Positions 48,698-60,438 are shown, counted from the first letter of the whole stretch. The stretch is 60,438 bases of DNA, filler included, from 5 parts of 5 records of this genome joined end to end with filler, not necessarily neighbours in it, one strand, 5' to 3'. Notes: a model not told the origin generated them from the sequence alone. Numbers and translations are program-made.

Positions 48698-50554
48698 CTA
48701 TCGGTCGTGTGTGCGCATGATCTCGGCCACGCGCACGATGTCACTGTTCATGGTGAGGGTATCAGAAGTTTCGGGCAAACGAATGCGCCAATTTGGATAT
48801 TCGGTGGTGGTTCCGGGTAGATTTTGCTGGTCCACCATGTCGAGCATGATTTCGGCCTGAACCGCGACCAATCGCGAAGGGGTGCGCGCCAAAAAGTCGT
48901 GCAACGTGTCTTGTTCCGCATCCGGCAACAGCCGATCCATCGCCGCCACTTCGCGCGCCCGATGGTCCAATTCATGCGTGGTCTGCTCTGCGTCCAGCCC
49001 GCCTGCGGTTTGCCGCGCCGTCACATCTGCCCCCTGACGCCAGCCCTGCCATGTTGGCAAATCATGGGTCGAAAACGACGCAATTGCCGCCTCGTCATAG
49101 CGGTCTGCCGATTTGAATTCGGGGTCCTGCCAATTGTCACGCTCAAACACCATCACCCGGCAGCCCAACACCCCAGACCCGGCCAAAGCCGCGTGCAGGC
49201 CGTCAGGGATCAGGCCCAAATCTTCGCCGACGATGATGCCGCCTGTGCGCGCAGCTTCAATGCGGGCCACGGCCAACATCGCGTCGCGTGGCATTTGTAC
49301 ATAGGCACCGGGGGCCTGTTCCGGCACCCAAAACGTGCGCTCAAACCCAAGGATATGATCAATCCGCATCGCCCCCGCAAAACGCAGTTGCCGGGCAAAG
49401 GTGTCGCGCAGAGCGCCATAAGAATTTTTACGCAAATTCAAAGGATTAAACGGAGCAAGACCCCAGTTTTGCCCCTCCGCCGAAAACGCATCGGGCGGGG
49501 CACCCAGCGAGGCACCATAGGCGAAACTGTCGCGATCCTCCCATGTTTCCGCGCCATGCGGATGGGTGCCCACGGCCAAATCGAGGTACAGACCATGCGC
49601 CATCCCGACGGCTTTGGCCTGTGCCTGCGCTTCGGACAAATCGGTATCCGCACGCCATTGCAGCCACGCGTGAAACAGGATTTCGTCGCGCAGATCGCGG
49701 CGCGCGGCCTGTGCGGTGGCGCTGTTGGGACATTGCAAATCCGGAGGCCAATCGCACCAAAACGGGCCATGGATGGCGGAGAGCGCCTGATGCAGGGCAA
49801 AGGTTTCAAGCGACGTGCCCTCTTGCGCCAGATAGGCCAGAAATTCGGGCGATGTCGGGTGGGCTTCAAAGGCCTGACGCAACGCGGTCATCCGCGCGGG
49901 CGTGTCGGTTTGGTAGTCGATCAACGCCCCCGGCACGCCGGTCTCGGTCGCCAGATGCAAAACATTCAACCGGCGGCGATGCGACGGCGAATAGGGGCTG
50001 AACATATTTGGCACGGTCGGAAATCCGGCATGAACCGGATTGATGCCCAAAAACGCCGCCCCATGCGGCCCAAGCCCGCGCACCAGCGTGCTGAGGTCCT
50101 CATAGGTGCCGATGCCACGTTCGGACAGGCCATAAAGCGGCGCGATCAGCCCCCAACAGCGCTCCGGCAACGGAATGGTGGCAGGGGCGGCCAAAAGCGT
50201 GATGCGGATCGGCCCGGCAATCAGATGATGGATGCCCATCGGCAACTCCGGCAGGCTGTCCCCGCCCCGGCCCTCGCATGTCTGGCCATCTTCATAGGTC
50301 AACACCCACGCGCTGTCGCCAATATCGACCCAAGGCGCAGTGCCCGCCTCACAGACCACGTCCCACGGCAGGCCCGCATCCCAACCCGCCTCAAGATGCG
50401 CGCGCGCGGCCTCCTCAGTTTCGGCCTCAAACCCGAGCGCGCGCATCAGCGCCACGGCGGTCTCCACCGAGGTTTCGCGCAAAACCCCCAGTTGATCATA
50501 AAACTGGCGGTGAATGCCAATCTGTGCCGCGAGTTCAAGCCGCAGATCGCTCAT
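48698..50554 (-). CDS. malQ: 4-alpha-glucanotransferase (GH77)
   Basis: SPYSPS, DLAVG, GAPPD, RIDH, GEDLG and THD. Confidence 0.93.
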   Translation of the reverse strand: MSDLRLELAAQIGIHRQFYDQLGVLRETSVETAVALMRALGFEAETEEAARAHLEAGWDAGLPWDVVCEAGTAPWVDIGDSAWVLTYEDGQTCEGRGGDSLPELPMGIHHLIAGPIRITLLAAPATIPLPERCWGLIAPLYGLSERGIGTYEDLSTLVRGLGPHGAAFLGINPVHAGFPTVPNMFSPYSPSHRRRLNVLHLATETGVPGALIDYQTDTPARMTALRQAFEAHPTSPEFLAYLAQEGTSLETFALHQALSAIHGPFWCDWPPDLQCPNSATAQAARRDLRDEILFHAWLQWRADTDLSEAQAQAKAVGMAHGLYLDLAVGTHPHGAETWEDRDSFAYGASLGAPPDAFSAEGQNWGLAPFNPLNLRKNSYGALRDTFARQLRFAGAMRIDHILGFERTFWVPEQAPGAYVQMPRDAMLAVARIEAARTGGIIVGEDLGLIPDGLHAALAGSGVLGCRVMVFERDNWQDPEFKSADRYDEAAIASFSTHDLPTWQGWRQGADVTARQTAGGLDAEQTTHELDHRAREVAAMDRLLPDAEQDTLHDFLARTPSRLVAVQAEIMLDMVDQQNLPGTTTEYPNWRIRLPETSDTLTMNSDIVRVAEIMRTHDR

Positions 50555-52638
50555 CAAAAAGCCTCCAGTTCAAGCGCCAAAGTGGTTTCGCGCCCGGCAA
50601 TAATGATGGATCCGTCGATCACTTCGCCATCAATGTCCGGGTGGCCCGTGTCGATCCAAAGCCGCCAGCGCCGCCCCGGCATACAGGCCGGAAGATGCAC
50701 GCTCACCGCCTCGCCCCGGTTGAAAATCAGGAACAGAGCCTCTTCGCGTTGGGCATAAAGCGGTGTGCCGGAGGCAATGCGCATTTCGGCACAGAGCGTT
50801 TTCAACTCCGGTGCTGTCCAATCCTGGTCCCGCATCAAAACCCCGTCAGGTCGCCACCAAAACAGATCTTCGATCCCATCCATCAACCGTTCGCGCGAAT
50901 GCAAAAACCGTTTCTGACGCAAAATCGGGTGGTCGCGGCGAAAGGCGATCAGGCGTTTGGTAAACTCCAAAAACTCCGGGTCCACCGCGTTCCAGTCAAT
51001 CCAACCGATCTCATTGTCCTGACAATAGGCATTGTTGTTGCCCTGCTGGCTATTGCCCAGCTCATCCCCCGCCAAAAGCATTGGCGTGCCTTGGGAAAAC
51101 AACAGCGTGGCCAAAAGGTTACGCCGCCGTTGCGCGCGAGCCGCGTTGATTTTGACATCCTCGGTCGGCCCGGCCACGCCCATATTGTCGGAGGCGTTGT
51201 CATTATGGCCATCGCGGTTGTCCTCGCCATTGGCCTCATTGTGTTTGCCGGTATAGCTGACCACATCCATCAAGGTGAACCCGTCGTGCGCCGTGACAAA
51301 ATTGACCGACGAGGTGGCCGGACGGCCCGAATGATCGAATTGTAACGCCGATCCGGTCAAGCGATCGGCCAGCACCGGCACATGGCCCGCATCGCCGCGC
51401 CAAAACCGGCGAATGCCATCGCGAAACTTGTCGTTCCACTCCAAAAACGGCGGAGGAAAGCCGCCGACGCGGTAGCCGCCGGGGCCAATGTCCCACGGTT
51501 CCGCGATGAGTTTGACCTTGGTCAGAACCGGGTCCTGACGGATCGCATCAAAAAAGGACGCGCCACGATCAAACCCCGTGGGTGTGCGGCCCAGCGTGGT
51601 ACACAGATCAAAGCGGAAACCATCGACATGCATGGCTTCGACCCAATAGCGCAAGGAATCCAAGACCATGCGAAGGACCATCGGGTGATCAATATTGAGC
51701 GTGTTCCCGGTGCCTGTGTCGTTGATGTAATAGCGCGGATTGTCGGTCAGGCGATAATAGCTTTTGTTATCAAGGCCACGGAACGACAGCGTTGGCCCCT
51801 GTTCATTGCCTTCGCCGGTGTGGTTATACACCACGTCCATGATCACCTCGATGCCCGCCGAATGCAGCCGCGCCACCATATGTTGGAACTCGGCGATCTG
51901 GTGATAGGCGAGGTAACGCGGATCGGGGGCAAAGAAACTCAGCGTCTGATAGCCCCAGTAATTCACCAAGCCCCTTTCAATCAGAAACCGATCGTTGAGA
52001 AAGGCCTGAGCCGGCATAAGCTCGATCGCGGTGATGCCCAGATTGACCAGATGATCCAAGATCGCATCGGAGGCGAGGCCCAAGAATTTGCCCTTGTGCA
52101 ACACATCCGGGTGCAGTTCGGTCAGGCCTTTGACATGGGCCTCATAGATCACCGATTGCGAAGTGGGCCGGTGCGGCGGCTGATCTTTGCCCCACGCAAA
52201 AAGCACATCTTCGACGACGGAGCGCGGCATGTATTTGGCGCTGTCGCGGGTGTCAAAAGACAGATCGGCGGCCTCATGCCCGACTTCATAGCCCATCAAG
52301 GCGTCATGCCAGTCGGGATGTTTGGTCACGCGTTTGGCATAGGGGTCCATCAACAGTTTGTTGTAATTGAACCGATGGCCTTGGTCGGGCGCATAGGCCC
52401 CATCGGCGCGCAACCCGTAGAGTTGTCCCGGACGCATGCCTGGCACAAACCCATGCCAGACATCGCCATCACGCTCTGGCAAATCCAGCCGCTGGGTCTC
52501 GATCTGACCATCGTCCGAAAACAAACACAGGGTGATCCGGCGGGCGTGTTGGGAAAAAACCGCGAAATTGACACCTTCGCCATCCGCTGTGGCCCCCAGC
52601 GGCGCGGCATGGCCGCCCAGGATCGAATATTGCCTCAT
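50554..52638 (-). CDS. glgX: Glycogen debranching enzyme
   Basis: NYWGY, DVVYNHT, DGFRFD, AEPWD and HDGF. Confidence 0.96.
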   Translation of the reverse strand: MRQYSILGGHAAPLGATADGEGVNFAVFSQHARRITLCLFSDDGQIETQRLDLPERDGDVWHGFVPGMRPGQLYGLRADGAYAPDQGHRFNYNKLLMDPYAKRVTKHPDWHDALMGYEVGHEAADLSFDTRDSAKYMPRSVVEDVLFAWGKDQPPHRPTSQSVIYEAHVKGLTELHPDVLHKGKFLGLASDAILDHLVNLGITAIELMPAQAFLNDRFLIERGLVNYWGYQTLSFFAPDPRYLAYHQIAEFQHMVARLHSAGIEVIMDVVYNHTGEGNEQGPTLSFRGLDNKSYYRLTDNPRYYINDTGTGNTLNIDHPMVLRMVLDSLRYWVEAMHVDGFRFDLCTTLGRTPTGFDRGASFFDAIRQDPVLTKVKLIAEPWDIGPGGYRVGGFPPPFLEWNDKFRDGIRRFWRGDAGHVPVLADRLTGSALQFDHSGRPATSSVNFVTAHDGFTLMDVVSYTGKHNEANGEDNRDGHNDNASDNMGVAGPTEDVKINAARAQRRRNLLATLLFSQGTPMLLAGDELGNSQQGNNNAYCQDNEIGWIDWNAVDPEFLEFTKRLIAFRRDHPILRQKRFLHSRERLMDGIEDLFWWRPDGVLMRDQDWTAPELKTLCAEMRIASGTPLYAQREEALFLIFNRGEAVSVHLPACMPGRRWRLWIDTGHPDIDGEVIDGSIIIAGRETTLALELEAF

Positions 52639-54068
52639 TTAGGGTGCGCAGCTCCTGTCATCGTCTCAAAAAGATCGGCATAGGTGCCGGCCGATGCGTC
52701 CCACCCGACGGGCTGTGCCATGGCATTGTCCATCATTTTGGCCCAGACATCGGGTTTGCGGTAAATCGCACAGAGGCGGTTGAGCGCCTGCGTCAGCGCC
52801 AAGGCCGTCACCGGGTGAAATTGGATGCCCGTGGCCACGCCTTGCGCCAAGGCGGCGGCATTGGCGTTGATCACCGTATCGGCCAAACCGCCGGTCAGCG
52901 AGACCAAGGGCAAGGTGCCAAAGCGCAGCCCGTACATTTGCGTCAAGCCGCAGGGCTCAAAGCGCGACGGCACCAAAATCGCGTCCCCGCCTTCGATCAG
53001 ACGGCGGGCGAAAGCTTCGTCATAGCCGATCCGCACCGCAACGCCCGCATGGCGCAAGGCGGCATCACGAAACGCGGATTCAAACGCACTGTCGCCCGAA
53101 CCCAAAAGCGCCAATTGCCCGCCCTGCTCCAACAGGGTCGGCAGCGCTTCGAGCAAAAGATCGAAACCCTTTTGTCCGGTCAACCGTGAGATCACCACGC
53201 ACAGCGGCCCCTCACTGGCCGGACCGGAATTCGGCAGGCCAAGCTCGTCGCGCAGCGCCGTTTTGAATTTGGCTTTGCCTTTCGGGGTTTTGTAACTTGG
53301 CGACCAGACCTCTTCGTCGATGCCATTGAGAATGCCGAAAAAATCCGATCCGCGTGCGGCCAAAACGCCCTCCATCCCCATGCCATACTCGCCCGTCATC
53401 AATTCGGCGGCATAGGTGGGCGAGACGGTGGAGACCTTGGTCGCGCCGACGATCCCGGCTTTGAGCGCCGAAATCTGACCCCAGTATTCATAGCCGCCGG
53501 GACTAAATCCGGGGCGCGGCAGTCCCAGCGTGTCGATCAGATCGGCCGAACAACAGCCCTGAAAGGCAATGTTGTGGATGGTCATCAGGGTCTTGACCCG
53601 CTCCGCCGCCCCCAATTCGCGCAGGTACACCGGGGTCAATCCGGCCTGCCAATCATGCAGATGCAACACCTCTGGCGTCCAGCTTTCGATCCCATGGGCG
53701 GCAATCATCGCCGCCGCCAGCGAGAGCGCGGCAAAGCGTTGCGGGTTGTCGGCCCAATCATAGCCGCCGGGCCCGGTGTAAAGCGATCCGTCACGGTCAT
53801 AGAGATGCGGCGCGTCCAGGATATAAAGCACGGTGTCGCCCAAGTGCCCGCGTCGAATTTGGGCCGAACCGCCGAAGAAATCATGGATGTCAAACACCGG
53901 CGCAGCGTCCGGTTGGGCCGCCAAAACCGCGCGGTAGCCCGGCAAAAGCGTGCGCATGTCTACGCCATGCGCCGCCAATGCACCAGGCAAAGCCCCGGCC
54001 ACATCGGCCAATCCCCCGGTTTTCACCAAAGGCACACATTCGGACGTGACCGACAGAACCCGTGTCAT
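52635..54068 (-). CDS. glgA: Glycogen synthase
   Basis: KTGGLAD, HDWQ, HNIAFQG and PSRFEPCGL; start at MTRVL. Confidence 0.96.
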   Translation of the reverse strand: MTRVLSVTSECVPLVKTGGLADVAGALPGALAAHGVDMRTLLPGYRAVLAAQPDAAPVFDIHDFFGGSAQIRRGHLGDTVLYILDAPHLYDRDGSLYTGPGGYDWADNPQRFAALSLAAAMIAAHGIESWTPEVLHLHDWQAGLTPVYLRELGAAERVKTLMTIHNIAFQGCCSADLIDTLGLPRPGFSPGGYEYWGQISALKAGIVGATKVSTVSPTYAAELMTGEYGMGMEGVLAARGSDFFGILNGIDEEVWSPSYKTPKGKAKFKTALRDELGLPNSGPASEGPLCVVISRLTGQKGFDLLLEALPTLLEQGGQLALLGSGDSAFESAFRDAALRHAGVAVRIGYDEAFARRLIEGGDAILVPSRFEPCGLTQMYGLRFGTLPLVSLTGGLADTVINANAAALAQGVATGIQFHPVTALALTQALNRLCAIYRKPDVWAKMMDNAMAQPVGWDASAGTYADLFETMTGAAHPK

Positions 54069-55339
54069 AGGCCTTTGGCCCTCCGGTCCAACATGTCTTG
54101 GGTGATCAAGGTGATCCCGCCCGGCGACACCCGGAACCATTTGGCATCCACTTCGGGATCTTCGCCGACCACAAGCCCCTCTGGGATGTGCACGCCGCGA
54201 TCAATCACCACATTTTTAAGCCGGGCATGACGCGCCACGTTGACATAGGGCAAGACCACTGCCCCCTCCAAAGAGGCATAGGAATTGGTGGTCACATGGG
54301 TGAACAACAGGCTTTCACGGATTTCCGTCCCCGAAATGATGCAGCCGCCCGAGACCATCGAACTCACCGCCGTACCGCGCCGATCCGGGCGGTCATGGAT
54401 GAATTTTGCCGGTGGCGTGTTCTCGGAATAGCTCCAAATCGGCCAACTGCGGTCCCACAGATCCAGCTCGGGGGTGAAATCTGTCAGGTCAATGTTGGCC
54501 TTCCAATAGGCATCAATCGTGCCGACATCGCGCCAGTACGCAGGCGCATCGGGGTGCCGAATGCAACTGTCGGTGAAACGATGCGCCTGGGCTTTGCCCT
54601 TGGCGACGATGTCCGGGATCATGTCATTGCCGAAATCGTGGCTGGAGGTTTGATCCTCCATGTCTTCCAACAGCCGCTCACGCAGGAATTTCCAATTGAA
54701 CACATAGATGCCCATCGAGGCGAGCGCGTTTTTCTCGTCGCCCGGTATGCCCGGCGGATCGGCGGGCTTTTCCAAAAACTCGGTGATCCGGTCCGTGCCA
54801 TCCACCGCCATCACGCCAAAGGCCGAGGCTTGTTTGCGGTCTACGGTCAGACAGCCGATGGTCACATCCGCGCCACTGTCGACGTGGTGTTGGATCATCA
54901 GCTCGTAATCCATCTTATAGATATGATCGCCCGCCAGGATCAGGATGTAATCGACATCATAACTGTCGATGATGTCGATGTTTTGTGCCACGGCGTCGGC
55001 GGTGCCACGATACCATGTGCTTTCTTCATAGCGTTGAGAGGCGGGCAAAATGTCCAAAAACTCATTACGTTCGGCGCGGAAAAATGTCCAACCGCGTTGG
55101 ATGTGGCGGATCAGCGAGTGGGCCTTGTATTGCGTCGCAATCGCCATTTTACGGATGCCGGAGTTGAGCGCATTGGAGAGCGCAAAATCGACGATCCGGG
55201 TTTTACCGCCAAAATAGACCGCAGGCTTCACCCGCGAATTGGTCAGTTCCTGAAGCCGCGAGCCGCGCCCCCCCGCCAAGACGAACGCCATGGTCCGATT
55301 GGCCAACCTGTTGCGCGTCTGTGTTTGTGTCTGTGTCAT
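54065..55339 (-). CDS. glgC: Glucose-1-phosphate adenylyltransferase
   Basis: [32 protein letters not shown] and YWRDVGT. Confidence 0.97.
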   Translation of the reverse strand: MTQTQTQTRNRLANRTMAFVLAGGRGSRLQELTNSRVKPAVYFGGKTRIVDFALSNALNSGIRKMAIATQYKAHSLIRHIQRGWTFFRAERNEFLDILPASQRYEESTWYRGTADAVAQNIDIIDSYDVDYILILAGDHIYKMDYELMIQHHVDSGADVTIGCLTVDRKQASAFGVMAVDGTDRITEFLEKPADPPGIPGDEKNALASMGIYVFNWKFLRERLLEDMEDQTSSHDFGNDMIPDIVAKGKAQAHRFTDSCIRHPDAPAYWRDVGTIDAYWKANIDLTDFTPELDLWDRSWPIWSYSENTPPAKFIHDRPDRRGTAVSSMVSGGCIISGTEIRESLLFTHVTTNSYASLEGAVVLPYVNVARHARLKNVVIDRGVHIPEGLVVGEDPEVDAKWFRVSPGGITLITQDMLDRRAKGL

Positions 55340-55386
55340 TCCTCCACCTTTCCGCAGCCCGAGGCCTCGCCTTTCGGCTCTGCCCG

Positions 55387-57579
55387 TTATGCTTTGTCTT
55401 TGATAAAGACCATTGTTGAGAGCGGCGGCACGGTGATCTCTGCGCCCGCAGGCTGTCCGTGCCACTCACCCCGCATGGCGGTGATCCGCCCCAAATTGCC
55501 ACGGCCTCCGCCACCGTAGCATTCTGCATCTGTGTTGATCGCCTCGCGCCAGACCCCCTCTTGCGGAAAACCGAGCTTGTAGGCGCTGCGTTCGAGCGGC
55601 GTGAAATTGCACACCACGACGACTTCTGCATCCTCTGGCCCGCCGCGCCTGATCCAGGCATAGACCGACTGCGCCGCATCATTGGCCTCGATCCATTGGA
55701 AACCGTCCGGGTCGCAATCCTTGGCGTAAAGCGCGGGCGTGGCGCGGTAGAGCGCGTTCAGATCGCGCACCACGTCCTGAACGCCTTGGTGCATATGATA
55801 GACCAGACAGGCCCAATCAATTTCGCCATCGTGGTTCCACTCTTGCCACTGGCCAAATTCCTGTCCCATGAACAAAAGTTTCTTGCCCGGATGCGCCCAC
55901 ATAAACCCATAATAGGCCCGCAGGTTGGCGAATTTTTCCCATTCCGAGCCGGGCATTTTATGGATCATCGAGCCTTTGCCATGGACCACTTCGTCATGGC
56001 TGATCGGCAGGATGAAGTTTTCCGAAAACGCGTAATGCAGACCAAAGGTCATCTGGTGATGGTGGTGTTTGCGATGCACCGGATCGAGCGCCATGTAAGA
56101 CAGCGTGTCGTTCATCCAGCCCATGTTCCATTTGTAGCCAAAGCCAAGCCCGCCCGCGTCCACCGGCGCGGACACCCCCGGATAGGCGGTGCTTTCCTCG
56201 GCCACAGTCATGATGCCGGGCACTTCGCCATAGGACAGCGTATTCATGCTCTGAAGCATATGGATCGCCTCAAGGTTCTCCCGCCCGCCGTGAATATTGG
56301 GAATCCATTCGCCCTCTTTGCGCGAATAATCGCGGTAGATCATCGAGGCCACGGCATCGACCCGCAGCCCGTCGATGTGGTATTCTTCAAACCAATACAG
56401 CGCATTCGAGGTCAGGAAATTTTCAACCTCGTGACGTCCGTAATTGTAAATCAGCGTGTTCCAGTCTTGGTGGAACCCCTCGCGCGGATCGGCATGTTCG
56501 TACAAGGGCGTGCCGTCGAATTGCGCCAAGCCATGCACGTCGGTCGGGAAATGCCCCGGCACCCAATCCAGCAGGATGCCAAGCCCGGCCTCATGCGCCG
56601 CCTCAACCAGATCGCGGAACTCATGTGGCGGACCAAAGCGAATGGTGGGGGCAAAAAGCCCGACGGGTTGATAGCCCCAAGAGCCATCAAACGGGTATTC
56701 GGAAATCGGCATCAATTCGATATGGGTGAACCCCATGTATTTGACATAGTCGATCAGCTCAACGGCGGCCTCCTTATAGGAGATCGGACGCCCGTCATCC
56801 TTGCGCCGCCAAGACCCGAGGTGGACCTCATAGATCGAGATGGGCTGATCGCGGTTTTGCGCCTCAGCGCGGCGCTCCATCCACGGCCCATCGGACCAGC
56901 CATAGCCCGAAATATCACGCACGACAGAGGCGGTTTCCGGCGGGTGCTGAGCGCCAAAGCCGACCGGATCGGCCTTGAGGTGCAGCGCATCCTGCGCGCC
57001 CAAGATCTCGTATTTATAGGCCGTGCCCTCGCCCACGCCCGGCATGAAGATTTCCCAAACACCGGTGCCGCCGCGTTTGCGCATGACGTGCCGCCGCCCA
57101 TCCCAGGCGTTGAAATCACCCACCACCGAGACCCGTTTGGCATTTGGTGCCCAAACGGCGAAATGCGTGCCTTGGACGCCCTCATGGGTCATCACATGGG
57201 CGCCAAGCGCGGTCCAAAGCCGGTTGTGATTGCCCTCACCCAACAGGTATTCGTCCAGCTCGCCCAGCACCGGCCCAAAGCGATAGGCGTCTTCAACCTG
57301 CCATTCGACCTTGCCTTTTTTACCGACCAAAACATAGGGCTTAGTGCCAGATACGGCCCCGTGGAACAGACCGCGATAGCCCGCGACCTGAGCCAGAGGC
57401 GACAGCTTGCCCACACTGAGCGCCGACATCGCCTCCGCCCCCGGATCATAACAGGTTACCGTACGAATCCGGCCCTTTTTATGCGGCCCTAAAATGGCGA
57501 AAGGATCATCAAACCGCCCCGCACAAATCTGCGCCAGAACCGTGTCATCCGCGAAACTCATCCGATCTGTCTGGGCCAT
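55387..57579 (-). CDS. glgB: 1,4-alpha-glucan branching enzyme
   Basis: [24 protein letters not shown] and SHDEVVHGK. Confidence 0.97.
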   Translation of the reverse strand: MAQTDRMSFADDTVLAQICAGRFDDPFAILGPHKKGRIRTVTCYDPGAEAMSALSVGKLSPLAQVAGYRGLFHGAVSGTKPYVLVGKKGKVEWQVEDAYRFGPVLGELDEYLLGEGNHNRLWTALGAHVMTHEGVQGTHFAVWAPNAKRVSVVGDFNAWDGRRHVMRKRGGTGVWEIFMPGVGEGTAYKYEILGAQDALHLKADPVGFGAQHPPETASVVRDISGYGWSDGPWMERRAEAQNRDQPISIYEVHLGSWRRKDDGRPISYKEAAVELIDYVKYMGFTHIELMPISEYPFDGSWGYQPVGLFAPTIRFGPPHEFRDLVEAAHEAGLGILLDWVPGHFPTDVHGLAQFDGTPLYEHADPREGFHQDWNTLIYNYGRHEVENFLTSNALYWFEEYHIDGLRVDAVASMIYRDYSRKEGEWIPNIHGGRENLEAIHMLQSMNTLSYGEVPGIMTVAEESTAYPGVSAPVDAGGLGFGYKWNMGWMNDTLSYMALDPVHRKHHHHQMTFGLHYAFSENFILPISHDEVVHGKGSMIHKMPGSEWEKFANLRAYYGFMWAHPGKKLLFMGQEFGQWQEWNHDGEIDWACLVYHMHQGVQDVVRDLNALYRATPALYAKDCDPDGFQWIEANDAAQSVYAWIRRGGPEDAEVVVVCNFTPLERSAYKLGFPQEGVWREAINTDAECYGGGGRGNLGRITAMRGEWHGQPAGAEITVPPLSTMVFIKDKA

Positions 57580-57641
57580 CTGATTTTCCTTTATTCAAAA
57601 GCATCTTAGGCGATTCCAGAATCCAATCAACCGTTTGATTT

Positions 57642-60035
57642 TTAGGGGATAAGGCTCTTGGCCTCCCAGATATCGCACATATAACCCCGAATGGTGCGAT
57701 CGGAGGAAAACCACCCGGATCGCGCCACATTGAGGGCCGCCATTTTGGCCCATTTTTGCGGCTCTGTGTACACCTGATCGACTTCACGCTGGGCGCGCCA
57801 ATAGTCGGTGAAATCGGAACAGACAAGGAAGTAGTCCGACCATGTCAGATTGTCAGCGATATGGGTGTAACGGCCCGGATCTTCGGGACTAAAGCGGCCT
57901 GAACGCAGCGCATCGAGCGCGCGCGCCAAACGCGGATCGGCGTTGATCGCCTGTTGCGCGTGATCATGCATCATCCGGCGCTGCATCACCTCATCGGCCA
58001 ACATGCCAAAGAGAAAGAAATTGTCCGCGCCGACCTGTTCGCGGATTTCGACATTGGCCCCATCGAGCGTGCCGATCGTGAGCGCACCGTTGAGGGCAAA
58101 TTTCATGTTGCCAGTGCCAGAGGCCTCTTTGCCCGCCGTTGAAATCTGTTCGGACAAGTCCGCCGCCGGGATCAGCCGCTCGGCCAATGTGACGTTGTAG
58201 TTCGGCAAAAACACCACTTGCAACACATCGCGCGTGTCCACATCGGCATTCGCCACTTTGGCGAAATCATTGATCAGGCGGATGATGTCCTTGGCGAAAT
58301 AATAGCCCTGTGCTGCCTTCCCGGCAAAGAGTTTGACCCGCGGCACCCAATCAGCCGACGGGTTGTCTTTGATCTCCAACCAATGTGCGATGGTCTCGAG
58401 AATATTCAGGTGCTGACGCTTATACTCGTGCATCCGCTTGATCTGAATGTCGAACATCGCCTCCGGGTTCAGGTTGATCCCATGCGCCTTGGACACATAA
58501 TCGCAAAGCGCCGCCTTGTTGTCGGTTTTCACCTGAGTGAACCGCTCCAACCAGCCCGCCTCTTCAATCGCCGGTTCCAGCTTTTTGAGTTGTTCCAGAT
58601 CGGCCACCCATTCGTCACCGATGGTTTCAGTGATCAGGGAGGACAGTTTCGGATTGCAGGAATGCAGCCAGCGGCGCGGGGTCACGCCATTGGTTTCATT
58701 GACAATCCGCTCCGGGTGCAGCGCGTTGAGCTCTTTGAACACGGTCTTTTTCATCAGATCGGTGTGCAGTGCCGAGACACCGTTGACCCGGTTTGACACC
58801 ATGAACGACAGCTCGCCCATTTTGACCTGACCATCCGAACGCGCCGAAAGTGTGCGATGCGGGTGGGCTTTGTAATGGGCGTCATCAATCCGGTCAATGA
58901 TCTGCAAATGGCGCGGCAAAAGCCGACCAAACAGGCGCTCATCCCACCGCTCCAACGCCTCCGGCAGGAGCGTGTGGTTGGTGTAATTCATACAGTGATG
59001 GGTGATATCGAACGCTTCCTCAAAGGACAAGCCGCGCTCATCATGCAAAATGCGCAAAAGCTCGGGCCCCGCGATGGCCGGGTGGGTGTCGTTCGACTGG
59101 ATCGCCACCTTGGTCGGCAGCAGGCGGATGTCATCATGTTTGCTGTCAAAGCGGCGCAGGATGTCGCGGATCGAGGCGGCGGAGAAGAAATATTCCTGTT
59201 TCAGGCGCAGCTCCTTGCCCGCCTCATTGCTGTCCTCGGGGTAGAGCACGCGCGAAATCGACCGCGCCAAGGCTTCGTGTTCGGACGCCGCAGCAAAATC
59301 GCCGGAGTTGAACAGACCCAGATCAAACGGATCGACCGCGCGCCCGGCCCAAAGCCGCAGCGTGTTGGCCCACCGCCCCTGCCAGCCAACAATCGGCGTG
59401 TCAAAGGCTTCGGCTTGGATCAACTCGGAGGGTTTCCAGATGGTTTTGCCGTTCTCGGAAATCACATCGCCGCCAAAGCCAAGGGTGAAACGCACTTCGG
59501 GGCGCTCAAATTCCCAAGGGTGCGGCTCTTGCAACCATGTTTCCGCCGCTTCCACTTGTCGCCCGTCAACAAAGCTTTGTTTGAACAACCCGTTCTCATA
59601 GCGGATGCCATAGCCATAGGCCGGGCAGCCGATGGTCGAAAGACTGTCGAGGAAACAGGCGGCCAAACGACCCAAACCGCCGTTGCCAAGTGCCGCGTCC
59701 GGTTCATCCATCAAGATGGTGCGGTAGTCCTGACCAAAGCTGTCGAGCGCCTCTTTCGCCTCCTCGGCCAGCCCAAGATTGACGATCCCATCCTCAAGCA
59801 AACGCCCGATCAAAAACTCCATCGACAGGTAATAGACCCGCTTGCCATCTTGTTCATAGGTCTTGCGCGTCGAGGCGACCCAATGATCGACAATCCGGTC
59901 GCGCACCGCATGGGACAGTGCCATCCGCCAATCAAAAAACTGCGCATGTTCAGGGTCTTTGCCCATCGTATAGGTGAGGTGTTGCAGGAGGGCGTGGCGG
60001 AAATCTTGGGAGGACGTAGGGGCTTTGCCGGCCAT
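57642..60035 (-). CDS. glgP: Glycogen/alpha-glucan phosphorylase (GT35)
   Basis: LGNGGLGRLAAC, YTNHT, NGVTPRRW and PLP-Lys motif EASGTGNMK. Confidence 0.97.
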   Translation of the reverse strand: MAGKAPTSSQDFRHALLQHLTYTMGKDPEHAQFFDWRMALSHAVRDRIVDHWVASTRKTYEQDGKRVYYLSMEFLIGRLLEDGIVNLGLAEEAKEALDSFGQDYRTILMDEPDAALGNGGLGRLAACFLDSLSTIGCPAYGYGIRYENGLFKQSFVDGRQVEAAETWLQEPHPWEFERPEVRFTLGFGGDVISENGKTIWKPSELIQAEAFDTPIVGWQGRWANTLRLWAGRAVDPFDLGLFNSGDFAAASEHEALARSISRVLYPEDSNEAGKELRLKQEYFFSAASIRDILRRFDSKHDDIRLLPTKVAIQSNDTHPAIAGPELLRILHDERGLSFEEAFDITHHCMNYTNHTLLPEALERWDERLFGRLLPRHLQIIDRIDDAHYKAHPHRTLSARSDGQVKMGELSFMVSNRVNGVSALHTDLMKKTVFKELNALHPERIVNETNGVTPRRWLHSCNPKLSSLITETIGDEWVADLEQLKKLEPAIEEAGWLERFTQVKTDNKAALCDYVSKAHGINLNPEAMFDIQIKRMHEYKRQHLNILETIAHWLEIKDNPSADWVPRVKLFAGKAAQGYYFAKDIIRLINDFAKVANADVDTRDVLQVVFLPNYNVTLAERLIPAADLSEQISTAGKEASGTGNMKFALNGALTIGTLDGANVEIREQVGADNFFLFGMLADEVMQRRMMHDHAQQAINADPRLARALDALRSGRFSPEDPGRYTHIADNLTWSDYFLVCSDFTDYWRAQREVDQVYTEPQKWAKMAALNVARSGWFSSDRTIRGYMCDIWEAKSLIP

Positions 60036-60332
60036 GGGTCACCTTAAATTATATTAAGACCCAAAACGGATCTTATGGGGGAGGGTCATTTTTTCCTAAG
60101 CCACATCAGCTTAGAAAAGCAAGCTATGGCAAATCCCAGACGATCGCTGGTGCTGCTGTTGCCCTGTTTATAGTCACTTTGTGATACATTCCTTAAAGCG
60201 TTCCGCCTTTCCCCTGCCTCAGGTGAAAGGATGACGCTTTAATCCGCCTCAAATGAGGGCCGTTTGAGGTGCTTTTATGCTTTATTTTCAGTATATCTTT
60301 TGTCCGTCCCAATAAAAGCCCGCGCCCCAAAA

Positions 60333-60438
60333 GTGTTTCGGGATTAACTTGAATAACGCGTTTGTCTCGAAACGCCCGCTTCCCAAGTTAGGTTCCGTGC
60401 GTTTCGGGTTTAAGTCGTGTCTCAACTTAAATCCGAAA
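60333..60438. repeat. Two related long hairpins (REP-like) at the window end
   Basis: GTGTTTCGGGATTAAC...GTTTGTCTCGAAACGC (60333-60375) and TTTCGGGTTTAAGT-N9-ACTTAAATCCGAAA (60402-60438). Confidence 0.6.

Noticed and set aside
55319-55336. ACACA(G/A) x3 repeat giving TQTQTQ at the GlgC N-terminus
   Set aside because: In frame and only three units, so there is no evidence of phase variation.
60045-60060. Possible CtrA box upstream of glgP
   Set aside because: The spacing is TTAA-N6-TTAA, not the N7 consensus.

Overview
The window is not one locus. Four identical 100-nt linkers (N44-TTAATTAATTAA-N44 at 7011, 15241, 28605 and 44702) join five unrelated contigs that probably come from different bacteria. 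(1) 1-7010, alphaproteobacterial: trpD start, trpG, divergent polysaccharide deacetylase, ElaA GNAT, gamma-glutamyltransferase, a small secreted Cys-rich orphan and partial ppdK. (2) 7111-15240: phenylacetate catabolic cluster (thiolase, paaI, paaG, hydratase/dehydrogenase, paaZ, paaX) with an embedded cytochrome P450 and REP-like palindromes. (3) 15341-28604, Rhodospirillales-like: cobA, DsbD_2, SCO, cobB, YcgN, PAS chemoreceptor, MBL hydrolase, hsp20 with RpoH promoter and ROSE thermometer, membrane-ferredoxin cyclase, GATase, YeeE/YedE pair, TPR methyltransferase and a tRNA-Ala 3' end. (4) 28705-44701, gammaproteobacterial: dinB with SOS box, AlgP-like histone-like protein and lipid/steroid-type catabolic genes surrounding a translationally coupled TonB-dependent receptor / YfiR / YfiN-like-sensor histidine kinase operon. 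(5) 44802-60438, Rhodobacteraceae-like: RND pump, a small DUF6500-like gene between duplicated hairpins, and the glycogen operon glgP-glgB-glgC-glgA-glgX-malQ-pgm. The best candidate for an under-described system is the receptor-YfiR-kinase trans-envelope signalling triad. Next are the paa-embedded P450 and a small lipoprotein with a TonB-box-like motif. All assignments come from reading motifs by eye; no searches were run.
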